A stretch of DNA of 64,000 bases. Origin: Octopus vulgaris. Lineage: Eukaryota. Below, piece after piece: positions 25,920 to 39,292 of the stretch (position 1 is the first letter of the stretch; the number at the start of each line of letters is the position of its first letter). The translations under genes and the position numbers were made by a program. Where the stretch lies: the NCBI GenBank assembly GCA_951406725.2, contig OX597815.1, forward strand, positions 77,686,001-77,750,000, in the 5' to 3' direction. Under the pieces are notes generated by a model. That model searched no databases and was not told the origin of the DNA. It was given only the letters and a program-made list of their open reading frames with translations.

Positions 25920-26160
25920 AAGGCAGCAAGCTGGCAGAACCATTAGCACATCTGACAGAATGCTCTGCAGCTTTTCTTTTGGGTCTCTACTTTCAGATTT
26001 CAAGTTCTGCAGAGGTAATCTTGCCTGTCATCCTTTCAAGGTTGATAAAATTAGTACCAGATGAGCACTGGTGTCGATTCCATCAACTTCTGCATTGGGT
26101 TGATTCCATCAACCTTCCCTTCCTCTCAGAATTGCTGGCCTTGTGCCAAAATTAGAAAGA
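25920..26160 (+). mobile_element. Nin-domain-like SINE (family C)
   Basis: GCTGGCAGAACCATTAGCAC head; TTGCCTGTCATCCTTTCAAGGTTGATAAAATTAGTACCAG central domain. Confidence 0.75.
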
Positions 26161-26321
26161 CATTACAACCAGCAAGAAGCTCTTTGCTTTTGAAGAATGT
26201 TGAAATAAAAATCATTCCTCATTTGAAAACCATGTAAGGGTTGTTAAAGGGAAGAGCACTCAGCTGTAAAATACTGCTTTTAAGTCAAAGGATTATACAT
26301 ATTAAAGAGGTCAGTTTAAAT

Positions 26322-26470
26322 CAGTCATGGGCAAACTGCAGCTTGCAAGACTTTCTGAATGGCATGCCTAAATGAAAACTTACCTTGAATTTTTTTTAGG
26401 TAGTGTGGCATACCTGATGAGGAAGCACATCTCATGTGGCCCAGTTCTCAAGAGAGGTTGTCCATGCTTG
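26322..26470 (+). mobile_element. Short hAT-type MITE
   Basis: TIRs CAGTCATGGGCAA / TTGTCCATGCTTG. Confidence 0.65.
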
Positions 26471-26744
26471 GCTGAAAGTTATATCAATTATGTAACATGT
26501 TTCTGAACTAAATGTTACAAAATTATCTTAGGTGAACACATTTCAGTCACCACCACCATTGTCGTCGTCATCATCATCATCATCATCATCACCTTTCAAG
26601 TTCTTTCTGCCTTTAGATTGACTCTACTCAGTAAGAATATTAACTCTTTTGAGTTCAGTGGCTTTGTTGGTCATATTAGCCCTGCTAGAAGAGTTACTTC
26701 ACTGTGATTGATGGTCCAACTGTGGTTTTGTATATAACTCACAC

Positions 26745-26900
26745 AGATGACAGAGGCTTCCTATTCCATCCAGACTTTGTGTACAAAAGATCTTGTAACA
26801 TTTACATAGTTGACAATTTCTAAATCATGGCTTTCCATACATGTGGCAACAATGACTGCATGATTTTCTATTTCCCATGTTTGTTAGAATTTTATCTGCT
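26745..26900 (-). mobile_element. Tc1/maT transposase N-terminal remnant
   Basis: Minus-strand HAVIVATCMESHDLEIVNYVNVTRSFVHKVWME.EAS resembles an HTH start. Confidence 0.45.
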
Positions 26901-27807
26901 GTGGAAGATGTGAAAGAAGAAAGAACCTTTTAACTGGTTAGAACCCCTTGCACCCTATGCATATGAAATGAATTGTTTCCTAGAGCCTTAGCCAGGAATT
27001 GAAACCTTACTCTAGATTTTTCTGTAAATTCCTTTTCATTGTTCTCAGCATTTGCACTTAAAAATTTATGGGAGTCAGCTGTCATTCTTAGATAAAGTTT
27101 CCCTGAAAGTCCTTAGGTTAAATTCAGTTCAGCAGAGATATACACATTAGCCTTACTTTGTTCTTTGCCCTACTTCTAATTTTTGACATGTATAAATACA
27201 GAACTCTAAATAGAATTTATTCCTTTTTTCATTGGCACTTTTGCTGAAAGTGCACTCTCTCTTGGTATCTGACATATCTTGGAGCAACAGCATCTCTGTC
27301 TCTCTCTCTCTTTCTTCATTTATGGTATGTCAACATAGGACTCTTACTCTACTTGTCAATCCAAAGATGTAAATTCTCTTATTCTTTCTCTCTCCTTTCT
27401 TTGACCTCCTAGCAGTCAATAACAGATGAAAACAGCTATGGAATGGACAACAGAAGTTTTACTAATCTTTATACAACAACAATAACTTGAAGCAGTTGTT
27501 TGTATATTGCAGTAGTAAATTAAAGGCCATTTTCAACTATGATTTCCTTCTGTCATTTATTCCATGGACTTCAAAAACAACCAACTTATCCATTACATTC
27601 TTGGTGACCTGACTTCTACCATATAGCCTACCAACTGTTGCATTTGACAACTCCAATGTTAGAAAAAGCAAATATACATTCTTCTCAATTTGCCAACCAT
27701 CAACATATACAGTTACATTTCCTACAAACTGTTGCATATGCATAAGTATTTGTATATAAATCATATTTTTATGTCTACTTGTATAGATAGATATAAAGAT
27801 ATGTACG

Positions 27808-27887
<80 letters not shown>

Positions 27888-27949
27888 CCTACCTACCTAC
27901 CTACCCACCTACCTACCTACCTACCTACCTACCTACCTACCTACCTACC

Positions 27950-27980
<31 letters not shown>
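27808..27980. repeat. Compound microsatellite (TCTA)n(CCTA)n(CATA)n
   Basis: Direct reading. Confidence 0.97.
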
Positions 27981-28135
27981 TTATATACATATGTGTATGT
28001 AGTTAGATAGATAGAGTGTGTGTGCATTTGTGTTATTAAGGCAACAACAGTTTTACTTACTCATCAGCTGCAGAATTATTGTAAACAATTTTTCTTTCAT
28101 ATATGTGTGTGTGAGTGTGTGTGTAAGAGAGTTAG

Positions 28136-28193
<58 letters not shown>

Positions 28194-28283
28194 TGTTTAT
28201 CTGTATGTGTATGTTTATCTGTGGGAGGTTACGCTTTTCAAACATTTCAACGGTGTTGAGGTTATAGGATGTATATTTTTTAG

Positions 28284-28343
28284 TTGTGCTACAATCTTAA
28301 AGTTTATAGAATGTTGTCAGAAACGTGCAAAACAGACGACATG
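28284..28343 (+). other. Candidate short exon in a CpG-retaining patch
   Basis: TTTTTTAG|TTGTGC...GACGACATG|GTAAGT, 60 nt, consensus donor followed by pyrimidine-rich sequence. Confidence 0.4.
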
Positions 28344-28719
28344 GTAAGTGAATCACCGTATTACACTCATTTTCCTGTATTTTTTCTCTCTTTTCCCACG
28401 TCCAGCTTTTGGGTGTGTATTTGTTTGAACTTTTTCATATTATTTAATATAGTTGATGTTTTTATATCATGCCATACAAGAAGTGATTCTATTGTTTGTT
28501 CGTTTCTCTCATTGTTCTCATACTTTTTATATAATAGTAGCAGTGGTGGTGGTTGTCGTATGTCGTATTTTTTAAAAGGAAGCAGTAAATAAAATTATGT
28601 CCTTTTTCGTTGATTGTTGCCCCAGAAATGTTTACAGTACAACTAAAAAATTTTTTTACTCTTCAGTTTCTGAATTGTTCGTCGAAATTTAATTAGGTTA
28701 CTCTGACTTGTTGATAATA

Positions 28720-29130
28720 ACATTGACACCACCACTGCTCAACATGTCTGTTGTGGGTTGCATTGATGCTGGCCCGTTTACATTGACACTTGGCCCTTCT
28801 TTAACATGTCTCTTGTGGGTTACATTGAGGCTGTTCTCCAGTTTAACATATCTCTACGTTGATGCTGGTCCCTTGTACAACATTTATTTGTGGGTTACTG
28901 GTCCCTTTTTAAACATGTGTTTTGGACATTACCTTAACCTAAGCCCCTTGCTTTACATGTAAATTTTTGGTTGCAATGGCTTGTTGACACTGAAATCTCT
29001 TTGACATATGTAATGTGAGATAAATTGTCACTGGTTCCCTGTTTAGAATGTTATTTCTGGTTTCTGTTGATATTAGCCCCTTGCTTCACAGGTCAGTTAT
29101 TACCCCTGACCTCTGTTTAGCATGTCAGAA
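28720..29130. repeat. Degenerate ~40-bp minisatellite
   Basis: TTGACACTGGCCCCTTGTTTAACATGTCT..TGTGGGTTACA-like unit, about 10 copies. Confidence 0.7.
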
Positions 29131-30175
29131 TCGTCCACAGTGGCTCATTAAAACAGTTTTGAAAGACATCCTGCATGAACTAAAGAGAGAGCTTGTATGT
29201 GGTCACTTGACTTGCTAGATAATGTCTCCAAATCTCTTTAATAGAAGACTCACACCAGTTTTTTTTTTAATGTAGAAATACAAGTATGTTGGATAAAGCA
29301 AAGCACTCAAATGATGGAAATGCAATCTTAAAACAAATATTGAGTGTACTCAGCTTGTTCACTCAGAACAAACTTGGACTATTTTGAGTGGGTTTGTCTG
29401 ACAGAAAGCATTCCTTCTCTTAGCTGATATTGATGGGACTAGTTGAAATCAGTACTGACTATTAACAACACACATCAGTGTGTTTTATAGTGTTCTCACT
29501 ACTCACCATGATTAACTATTGTTAACAATGCTATATAACTTCATATATACTTATTACAGGTGTTGTAAGATGTTTGCTCCCCCACATGTTTCAAGTTCCA
29601 TCCCACTGTGCCACATCTTGGGCAAGTGTTTTCTGCTATAGCCTTGTATGATGGTAATGGTGATGATAATGATGGTAATGGTGATGATAATGATGATAAT
29701 GGTGATGATGATGATGATGTAGTACAATGTCACATTTGCTAGTTCTAAAACTTAGCAGAAGACATGTGAGTCTGTAGCCAATATTTAGCATAGCCTTAAA
29801 TTTATCTCAGGTGTGTTATATGATGGCAATATTGCCTATCATTCCAATGAGATTGATTAAGTAAGTACCTGTATTGTAGTGGGACATTTCCATCAACTAT
29901 CCCACCTCTACAGTTGAGCTTGTTATGAGTCAAAAAGAATCGATATTTTTGTTTTGTCATACCACATCTTGTCCTAGACTCAATAATACCAGACCATGTT
30001 AGTTAAATATAGCATAACATTACATCATCATCTTAAAGCTATGACTAAGAATTAGTCTACACAAACATACATACATATGTATGAACATACCTACACACAC
30101 ACACACACATATACACACACACGCATATAACATACATAAGTACGTATGTATATGTATACATGTATGTGTATTTAT

Positions 30176-30219
<44 letters not shown>

Positions 30220-30220
30220 A

Positions 30221-30379
30221 CAGGCTGCAGTGAATAAATTGTCATCTAAATTATGCAAAATGAAAATAACACTGACATCTCATTTTAACAGATACATTTA
30301 CCAAAATTACATAAAAATATCTTGAAACACTAAAGAAGAAATTTATTCAATAAAATCACCATTGGCTTCAACCACGGCC
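30221..30379 (-). mobile_element. Terminal fragment of the maT element seen at 15402
   Basis: TA|CAGGCTGCAGTGAATAAATTGTC... aligns with 15402-15550. Confidence 0.9.
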
Positions 30380-31172
30380 ACCATTCAACTATCCTTTTGT
30401 TATAATATTCTTCTTAATAATCCTCTGAATAATCCTAAACTTTAACTGTATACAATATAGCAACATTGTTTAAAATATTTAACTATAGTACTACATTATG
30501 AGACTTCCTGTTTCATTATCAACGGTCTGCTAGTGGGTGACCCCCTTAATTGTCAGCTAATATCTTGTTTTCAGTTTTCCTTTACCAACGTCATGATATT
30601 GCTTCTAATAAATCTTGGTTTTTATGACTATACCAACTATGATGTCTGTCTGCTCCCTCAGCCCAACCCCTAACAGATACTGCCCTCTGTTCTCTCAGCC
30701 TTAGATACATAAGGGATTTGATAAATTAGTCTATAAATTAAAACTGACCCCATAAAAACAAAAATCAGTGACAGGCAGAGTCTGTAACAATGTATATCTT
30801 CTTGAAAAGCTTAGTAACTTCTATGCTGGAGTAAGAACAACATGTTCTTTATCTTTCCCCTTAACTTCTTGGAGATTTTAGGTATAATTATATAATTATA
30901 CATATGTTCTAATTTAATTAAATTCTATGTCTTTGTGCAGCTGAAGATTGCTCTGCATTTTAAATTGATGTAATGTTTGCATTGTTCTATTAAATAGAGT
31001 TGCATGAAACGATCATACTGCATTACCTCTGGATATCCTTGTTGCTTATTTTGATTTTAATCACCTTACTTTTGAAATTGCATGGATAATACTACTAAAT
31101 CCTGGTGCCTCAACTTAAGTACCATATTCATCTGAATCTAAATTTTTGCTGAACCCATCTACCATACCCAAA

Positions 31173-31211
<39 letters not shown>

Positions 31212-31212
<1 letters not shown>

Positions 31213-31660
31213 CAAAGTGAGATAGGGGTTATGAGTGTAACCCACTATGGGATATCATTTATCCAATATTCTGCCAGTGAAGTACCCAGAAAGGCTAATA
31301 CATAAATGCTAAGAATTGAAATGCAATTAATTCATTATTGTATTATATGGGCGAGGGTAAAATGTTTTACCTCAAATTCATAATACAAAATAAGAAAATG
31401 GAGGAATAGATTTCTTTCAATCATCAACTACTAGATAATACCAATTCATATAATTTATTAACTAATTATTTAGGAACATCCAAATCAAACAGAATAATAC
31501 AGAATAAAACAATACACATCAATAAGTAAGATAATACCATAAGAACAATACATATTAATATAAAATGGATCTTACAGCTGTTTCAGCCTGTAGATAAGAG
31601 TATCTCATTATGCTTATATTAGTCAGATGTATTGAGGTAATATGCAGTTATAAATGAGTT
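31212..31660 (-). mobile_element. Probable Penelope-like terminal repeat remnant between microsatellites
   Basis: Minus-strand GGCTGAAACAGCTGTAAG (31571-31588) resembles the 3' half of a PLE hammerhead. Confidence 0.4.
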
Positions 31661-31739
31661 ACTTATATATATGTATGTATGTATGTATGTGTATGTATGT
31701 ACATATGTGTATATTATGTATATATATATATATGACGTA

Positions 31740-32145
31740 GACACTGGTGTGGCTGTGTAGTAAGTAGCTTGCTTACCAGCCACATGGTTCCTGGTTCAAT
31801 ACCACTGAGTGGCACCTTGTGCGAGTGTCTTCTGCTATAGCCTCGTGCCGACAAAATCCTTGTGAGTGAATTCTGATAGGGAGAAACTGAAAGTAACCCG
31901 TTGTATATATGTGTGTGCGTGCATCTATATGTTTCTGTGTATGTGTGTTTGTCTCCCAACCATCGTTGATAACCGATGTTGGTGTGTTTATGACCCTGTA
32001 ACTTAGCAGTTTGGCAAAATGGAGTGCTAGAATAAGTTCTAGGCTTACAAAGAATAAATCCTGGGGTCGATTTGTTCGACTAAAAGCAGTGCTCCAGCAT
32101 GGCCACAGTCAAATGACTGAAATAAATAAAATAAAATAAAAAGAA
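31740..32145 (+). mobile_element. Young SINE family A, full length
   Basis: CpG-retaining; GGTTCAATACC B-box; tail GACTGAAATAAATAAAA. Confidence 0.92.
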
Positions 32146-33720
32146 TATATATATACTTTTAGCCTTATGTCTTACATTTGATGTATACATTCACTTCTGT
32201 TTGATCAGTATACTATGTGTATATATATATATGTATATAACGTAACAATATTTGTGTTGCTATGTATGTATGTATTTATGGCAGCAGGCTATTGAACTGG
32301 TCAATAAATGCCTTTACTTTTGAAGCCTGAAATGCAGCTGCACTACTTTTTATTTTGGTAAGTAATGAGAGTGATTCTCACTTCTTAAGAGTAGACTTCT
32401 TAAGAGTTGAAGCAAAGGAAATTGAGAGAGAGAGAGAGAGATGATGCCTTTACTCATAATAACACCCTACATTACTTCATTTTATTTACTGACATAATGA
32501 CTTCTCTTATATTTCAGTGTTGTAGCAAAATAAATGTATTATAAAACACTGAGTGAGAACTAATCTTACTTAAAATTCCTCGTGTTATTAAGAACTTATC
32601 TTACATACAAAATTCACAAACCGAAACAGCTTAAAGAAACATTAACCAACTTTTATGTATGATACTTTATTGCAACCAAAGCATAAATTATGATTCTTGT
32701 ATAGGTAAGACAGTTCATATTTACAGGAGAAAAGAATTGGAAAACTATCTGCTGCATACCTTTCTGGGAGTAGGTTCTATACAGTTGCTCAAACTACTAG
32801 AAACTAGAAGCTAAATTTCCATCATATCATAGCGTGGCCTTCTTAAAACAAGAAAGGCCATATTGGTAATATAGTCCTTGATATACAAACAAGTGCCAGG
32901 TGGTGTTGTTAAATTAATGTTAAAAGTATCTTGTCCAAGTAGACCATAACAGTATTTGAACCCAGTATGCAAAGATAATTCCATTAATCCACTGCTCTGG
33001 ATTGGTACCTTTTTTATCAACCACAAATGGATAAAAGGTAAAGTACACACACACATGCACCCCCCTCTGTTTGTCTATATGCATATATATATATATGCAT
33101 ATATATATATATGCATATATATATGCAGTCACTGCTGCTACTGCCATTTCAGCCACTGACCATTACCTTAGTTCTATTCGAACACATAAGACAGTTATTA
33201 TGCTTACTCCCCACAAAAAACCACCACGTGGATTCTGTTGAGACCAGTAAGAAACAATTATGAACTTTTTTTATTACACTTAACTTTTTAAAATATTTTT
33301 GATAAGGTTCGTTTTTTCAAGAAATCCAAAACATGTAAAATTTTTAAGAAAATTAAAATTTATCTTATATAGTGGCATTTTAAAACTTCGTTTTTATAAA
33401 TATATACCCACTCGTATACGACCTACACTTATAAATATATATATTTATATATATATATATATATATATATGATGGGCTTCTTTCTTTCCATCTATGAAAT
33501 CCATGCTCAGGGTTTTTGTAGGCCTTTGGCTACAGTAGAATGCATTTGCCCAAGGTACTGTGCAGTGGAACTGAAGCAAAAACTATATGTTTGTGAAACA
33601 AACTTATTAACCCACACAGCCGCATGTACACCTGTGCTACATGATATTTTCAGTTATGATCATTGAAATGAGAGAGAGCATTGCTACTGTTGCTAGCACA
33701 ATGCAACAACATATATATAA

Positions 33721-33772
<52 letters not shown>

Positions 33773-34154
33773 TGTGTGTGTGTGTGCGTGCGTGTGTGCG
33801 TGCGTGTATATACGTGCGTGCATGTATATCTATCTATCTATCTATATCTATCTATATATATATATATATATATATACACATGCTGAATTATATATATATA
33901 GTTCACTTTATACACTCATTCAACTTGCCTTTTTACATGGATGAATTTTTCCATTAATCTAATTGCAAATATCAGAATGTAGAAATCTTTAATAATATAT
34001 AATTTTCACTTGACATTGTAACTCAGTAACTGTGTTTTCTGATTAGTTACCTGTTCTAGGTGTGCAGAAATATATTTCTTTTATTGTTGCTGTTGTTAGC
34101 TTGTACTGAAACCTCTCTCATAATTTAATCTTAGATTGGTAACAGAATGGGAAC

Positions 34155-34297
<143 letters not shown>

Positions 34298-34828
34298 TGA
34301 TCGACTACTCTCTCACTTACGTCTTTTCAGCAAAAAAATGTCAAAAAAAACCCCAGAAAACAAAAACAAAAAAAAAAGAAAAGAAAAGAAAACCCATCAA
34401 CCACAATTGAAATGAAAATGATCATTTGCCTTTTTACTATAGAGATGATTGGGTTCTAATACCTGCTGTGTGTTCCTAACAATATAATATATGAAAATAA
34501 GCTCTGTTCTAAATATAAGTTGACATGTTTTCATGGAAGGTTGGAACTGAATGACATTGCATTTTCATAGTCAAATGAAAACTAGCAGGTGAATTAACAG
34601 TTAGCTGATGATTATTTAGTCAGTATGTAGCTTAAACAAATTAAAAGTCCCAGTCTTCAACAATAAAATATTGCTAATAATTGATTACTCAATAACTATT
34701 TCACTTTTAACTTTACAATATTTTCATTGTTGAAATGATTATTGCAAAATTTCCACATTGTCAGTACTTCATGTCACAAATCAACCTCAAAGTCAAAGAG
34801 TAATTTGTTAATCAGCCAGGCAGACTGA

Positions 34829-34867
<39 letters not shown>

Positions 34868-35250
34868 CCTTTCTATTAAAGGTACAAGGCGTAAAAGTTG
34901 AGGGCAGGGTACTAATTGATTATATTGGCCCCCACTGTTTTACTGGTACTTAATTTATCAACTCGGAAAGGATGGAAGGCAAAGTTGATCTCAGTGGAAT
35001 TTGAACTCAGAATGTAGCAACAAGTGAAATACTGCTAAGCATTTCACCTTGCATGCTAATGATTCTGTCAGCTCACCACTTTAATAATAATAATAATGAT
35101 GATGATGATGATGATAATAATAATTTAAAATTTTGGCACAATGCCAGCAGGTTTGGGGGAAGAGCTAAGTCAACTAAATCAACCCCAGTGCTAGCTGATG
35201 CTTATTTTATCAGCCTTGAAAGGATGAAAGGCAAAGTCAACCTCTGTGGA
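34868..35250 (-). mobile_element. Two family C (Nin-like) SINE copies between (AAT)n tracts
   Basis: GGTACTTAATTTATC...AAGGATG(A/G)AAGGCAAAGT..ACCTC..TGGAAT motif twice. Confidence 0.85.
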
Positions 35251-35298
35251 ATAATAATAATAATAATAATGAAGCGAGAGAGAGAGAGAGAGAGAGAG

Positions 35299-35598
35299 AC
35301 TCCACCTTCAGTCATGAATGGCCATGAGATTGCACTTAGAAAGTTACCTTTTGAAACACAAGTCTGGGTGAGGTTGTTTATGGAAGACCAGCAGTCGCCC
35401 ATGCATACTAGCCTCCCCTCTCTATATCAATATTATCAATGGAAAGGTCAAATGCCAATACAGCTTGGCACCAGTGACTCATTTCTACAGTTGAGTGAAC
35501 TAGGTTAATGTGAAATAAAGTGTCTTGCTCAGTCTGGAAATCAAACTCGCTACCTCATGATTGTGAGCCCAATGCTCTAACCACTGAGCCATGTGCCT
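35299..35598 (-). mobile_element. Older family D SINE
   Basis: Reverse-complement match to 44588-44927. Confidence 0.88.
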
Positions 35599-35639
35599 TC
35601 ACAAATTATAATAATAATAATAATGGTAATAATAATAAT

Positions 35640-36980
35640 AAAAGCACTTGAAACATGAGCATAATACAGTGATCTTTTGTAAAGTTTCAATTCCAGTCCA
35701 AAAGAACACTTTTCCATGACCTTAATCTCATATATGTTCTCATATAACAGTGAGGGCAAATATCCTAATGGTAGGGCCTCCCATAGTGGACAGGTCAAAA
35801 GACAGAGGTCAAACTAATATAGACCACCTTTTACCAGAGGTAAAAATAGGTTTGCATGGGGCCAAAACCCCTACATAAAAAAGCAAAGTTACAGAAGCAC
35901 CTATGACAATTTAAAACTAACAAGACCTGGGTGAGGAAGGCCTTCCCTTAGGAAAACATATGACAGGGTGCAACAACATGTTAAGGGAAGCTGCAAAGCT
36001 AACTCACCTTCTGAAAGGTAACTGGAAATGAAATACTGAGACAGAGCTGAAAAGGCAAGGATTCAATTAGAGAGAAGCAGAAAAACCAACCCTATAGCAT
36101 AGTCAAACTATACATAAAAATAATCAGGAACAAGAGTGTGTGAGTGTATTGTTTATTTTTCTTCAAGCAGCTTCACACTGTGAGGGTGAGTGCAATCAGC
36201 CATCTAAATTCCTAGACTCCTCTCTTGCCTAACTGGAAGTCCCTTCTTTGTGGACCAGCTCACTAGCTAGCCCATAGTGAAGTTCTTGTCTACAGTTCAT
36301 CTGTTATCAGTCCATGGGCAATGCCCTACAACCCAGAGTCAAAAACAGTGGAGAAAAGTTGTCAAATGGCATATACTCATATACTCCATAGGAAGTGAAG
36401 GACTTAAAGCTAATGCAAGTGTTACAATAGCCCTTACTATAGGTTGTGTGACCTGGAACATTAACAAATAACTAAAAAAGCTTTCCTCAGTCTTACAAAG
36501 ATGTGATTCTTTAGAAAATTTTTTAAGGTGTCCTATGCTTATCTAAGGACCTTGATGTTTGTCACTCTACCTGCAAAGACCACCAGAAAGTTTCTCGACA
36601 GCATAAAGAGTCACTAAGCTCAGTTCACTAGACTCTATAAAAGAAAATACTTTGCTCACTTAGTGACAACCTGGAAACTGAAAGGTAAAAAAAGCTAGGG
36701 AAGATGACTGATGCCCTTTCAAGGAGGACCAGCTCAATAACATGATAAGTTCATGTGAAACAAGAGGGCATGGAAGTTTATCATCATTGAAGTTTGTAGA
36801 TATGGTATGCAAAGAAGGAGCAGCTCTCACATTTTGAGACATATCTATGAAATTGTTCTCCAAACACTTAGCCTTTTCGAAACCTGGCTGACTGAGGTTG
36901 CCTCTCATTCTATGATACAGAATTATGAGAAGAGTACATTTCACTTGATCAAATGAATACTCATTGTCAAAACCAACAGA
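35640..36980 (-). mobile_element. Decayed CR1/L2-group LINE, RT to 3' region
   Basis: ORF 36660-36944 LSQPGFEKAKCLENNFID...NF.DDKLP resembles the QHGFR...DF.KAFD RT motifs; further broken coding remnants downstream. Confidence 0.55.
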
Positions 36981-37399
36981 TGCCCATCACTGTACACACA
37001 TACACACAAATGCATGCATGCACTCATGTGTGCGCATGCACACACACACACACGCACACATACACACAGAGGTAATTGTGTTATGTTTGAAAATATGTGC
37101 TACCAGCTAATGGCAGTCTGTAATTTGACCAATGAAAACAGAGGAGACATTAAGGACAGGATGTCAAGCTGTGTTCTTAATCTCATTTTTATCTGCATCA
37201 TAGCAAGTTTATCATCTTTCAACAATTACCAATAGACCTTTTATGATAAACAGAAATATCTGGTTGTGATGTAGGTGGGGTGGAGGGGGGACATGTAACT
37301 GTATATCACAATGAGTTTGATAAAACTGTTAAATATAGAATAATGTTCTACTTGAGCTCAAAGTCAACACATTTATAGAGAGCTTCCTTTGGATGTGTT

Positions 37400-37611
37400 T
37401 CTGATATGGATACAAGGCCTGGAATTTGGATGGAGAAGCAGGATAATTGGTAAAAACCCCTAGTACTTCACTGGTACTTTCTTTAAGTGTTCCTGCTGGA
37501 ATGAAAAGCAAAGCTGGCCACATCAGAATTTGCACTAAGGATATAAAAATCTGGACAAAATTTCACAAGGCATTTTGTCTGAGGCTTTAATCATTCTGCC
37601 AACCCATCACT

Positions 37612-37643
<32 letters not shown>

Positions 37644-38045
37644 CTTTTCTATTATAGGCACAAAGACTGAAATTTAGGTGGTTGGGGGAGGGGCTAGTTG
37701 ATTACATTGACCCCCAGAATGATGAAAGGCAAAGTCAACCTCAGTGGAATTTGAACTCAGAACATAAGAATGGACAGAACACTGCTAAGCATTTTGCCTG
37801 GCATGCTAACGATTCTACCAGCTCACCACCACCCATAATAATAATAATAATAATGGTTTGAAATTTTGCCACAAGGGCAGCCATTTTGGGGAGGGGATGA
37901 GTTGATTACATTGATCCTCCAGTGTTTCACTGGTACTTAATTTATCGATTCTAAAAGGATGAAAGGCAAAGTCGACCTCAATGGAATTTGAACTAAGAAT
38001 GCAGTGACAGACAAAATACTGCTAAGCATGTCATCAAGCATGCTA
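37400..38045 (-). mobile_element. Three tandem family C SINE copies
   Basis: ATGAAAGGCAAAGTC(A/G)ACCTC..TGGAATTTGAACT repeated, separated by (AAT)n. Confidence 0.85.
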
Positions 38046-38620
38046 AAGAACAGTTAAAGAACAGGAATAAACACACACATACACACACGACAGGTTTATT
38101 TCTCCTTGCTTCTAACTGTCCTCCTGCATTTACCTCTCAGTGCTATCAATCTCGCCTCTCTCCCTCACTTTCTCTTGCTTTCTCCTCTTTGCCGCTTTGC
38201 CTCTCACTTCAACTATACTTCCTCTGATTCTGTCCGTCCCCTCTCTCCTTCTTTGCCACTCACTTCAAGTATACCTCTTCTACTTAACACCTTTTATTTC
38301 TTTTTTTTCTTTGTACCTTTCCCTTCAACCTTTTTACCCCTTCCTTTGAAGTAAGTGTGATATATACCACAGGTATGTACAAAAAACAAAAAAATACTAA
38401 GCATATTAATATTGATAATAAAAAGGCATAAGACAACAATTTTTGTGGAGAGATCAGTGAATTACATTTATATCTCCCCCCACCCCAGCATTTGACTAGT
38501 ACTTTATTTTTATCAAGTATGACACAAATATGACAAGATTTGAGCTTTAAATTACAAATACAGTCTATCTGATGTACCATCATATTGTTTCCATTTATCC
38601 AAACTCACTCACAAGATTTG

Positions 38621-38923
38621 GTTAGATCCAGGGCTATAGTCATTGCATATATTCAAGGTGCCATGCAGTGGGATGAAACTTGGGAGGAAAGGCAAAGTTG
38701 ACCGTGATAGGATTTGAATTAAGAGCATAAAGAGTCAGAAGAAGCACTGGGATGCATTTTTGTCCGTTACACTACTGATTCTACCAAGCATTAAACTTAG
38801 ATATGTTAGATCCAGGGCTATAGTCATTGCATATATTCAAGGTGCCATGCAGTGGGATGAAACTTGGGAGGAAAGGCAAAGTTGACCGTGATAGGATTTG
38901 AATTAAGAACATAAAGAGTCAGA
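38621..38923. repeat. 119-bp local direct duplication (38621-38739 and 38805-38923)
   Basis: Identical except one visible substitution. Confidence 0.95.
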
Positions 38924-38979
38924 CCGTGATAGGCCATGTCTAACTTAATAGCACCACCTGATAGGATTATTCGAATCCT

Positions 38980-39105
38980 GTTTAAGTCAAGTTTTGTTCA
39001 AGTAGTGAGTTCTTGTTGGGTGAGTTGTATCCAATTATGGGTGGCTTATCTGGTATTCTTTGAAGGAATCTATCCAGACTCTGTTTAAAGTTGATTGTTT
39101 CTAAT
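38980..39105 (-). mobile_element. CR1/L2-group LINE extreme 3' ORF end
   Basis: ETINFKQSLDRFLQRIPDKPPIIGYNSPNKNSLLEQ matches the FK..LD.FL..IPD.P...GY...NSL terminal motif. Confidence 0.75.
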
Positions 39106-39249
39106 TTAAGCACAAGGTGGCAATTTTGAAGGGTGGGTGTTAAACAATACCATCACAGATCCCACCGCCATGGGTGGTAGAAGTGTTGAATTCAAAAAGA
39201 TTACCAAAGTTGATATTGGACATATGGTGAATACGATGATTTCTTTACC

Positions 39250-39292
<43 letters not shown>

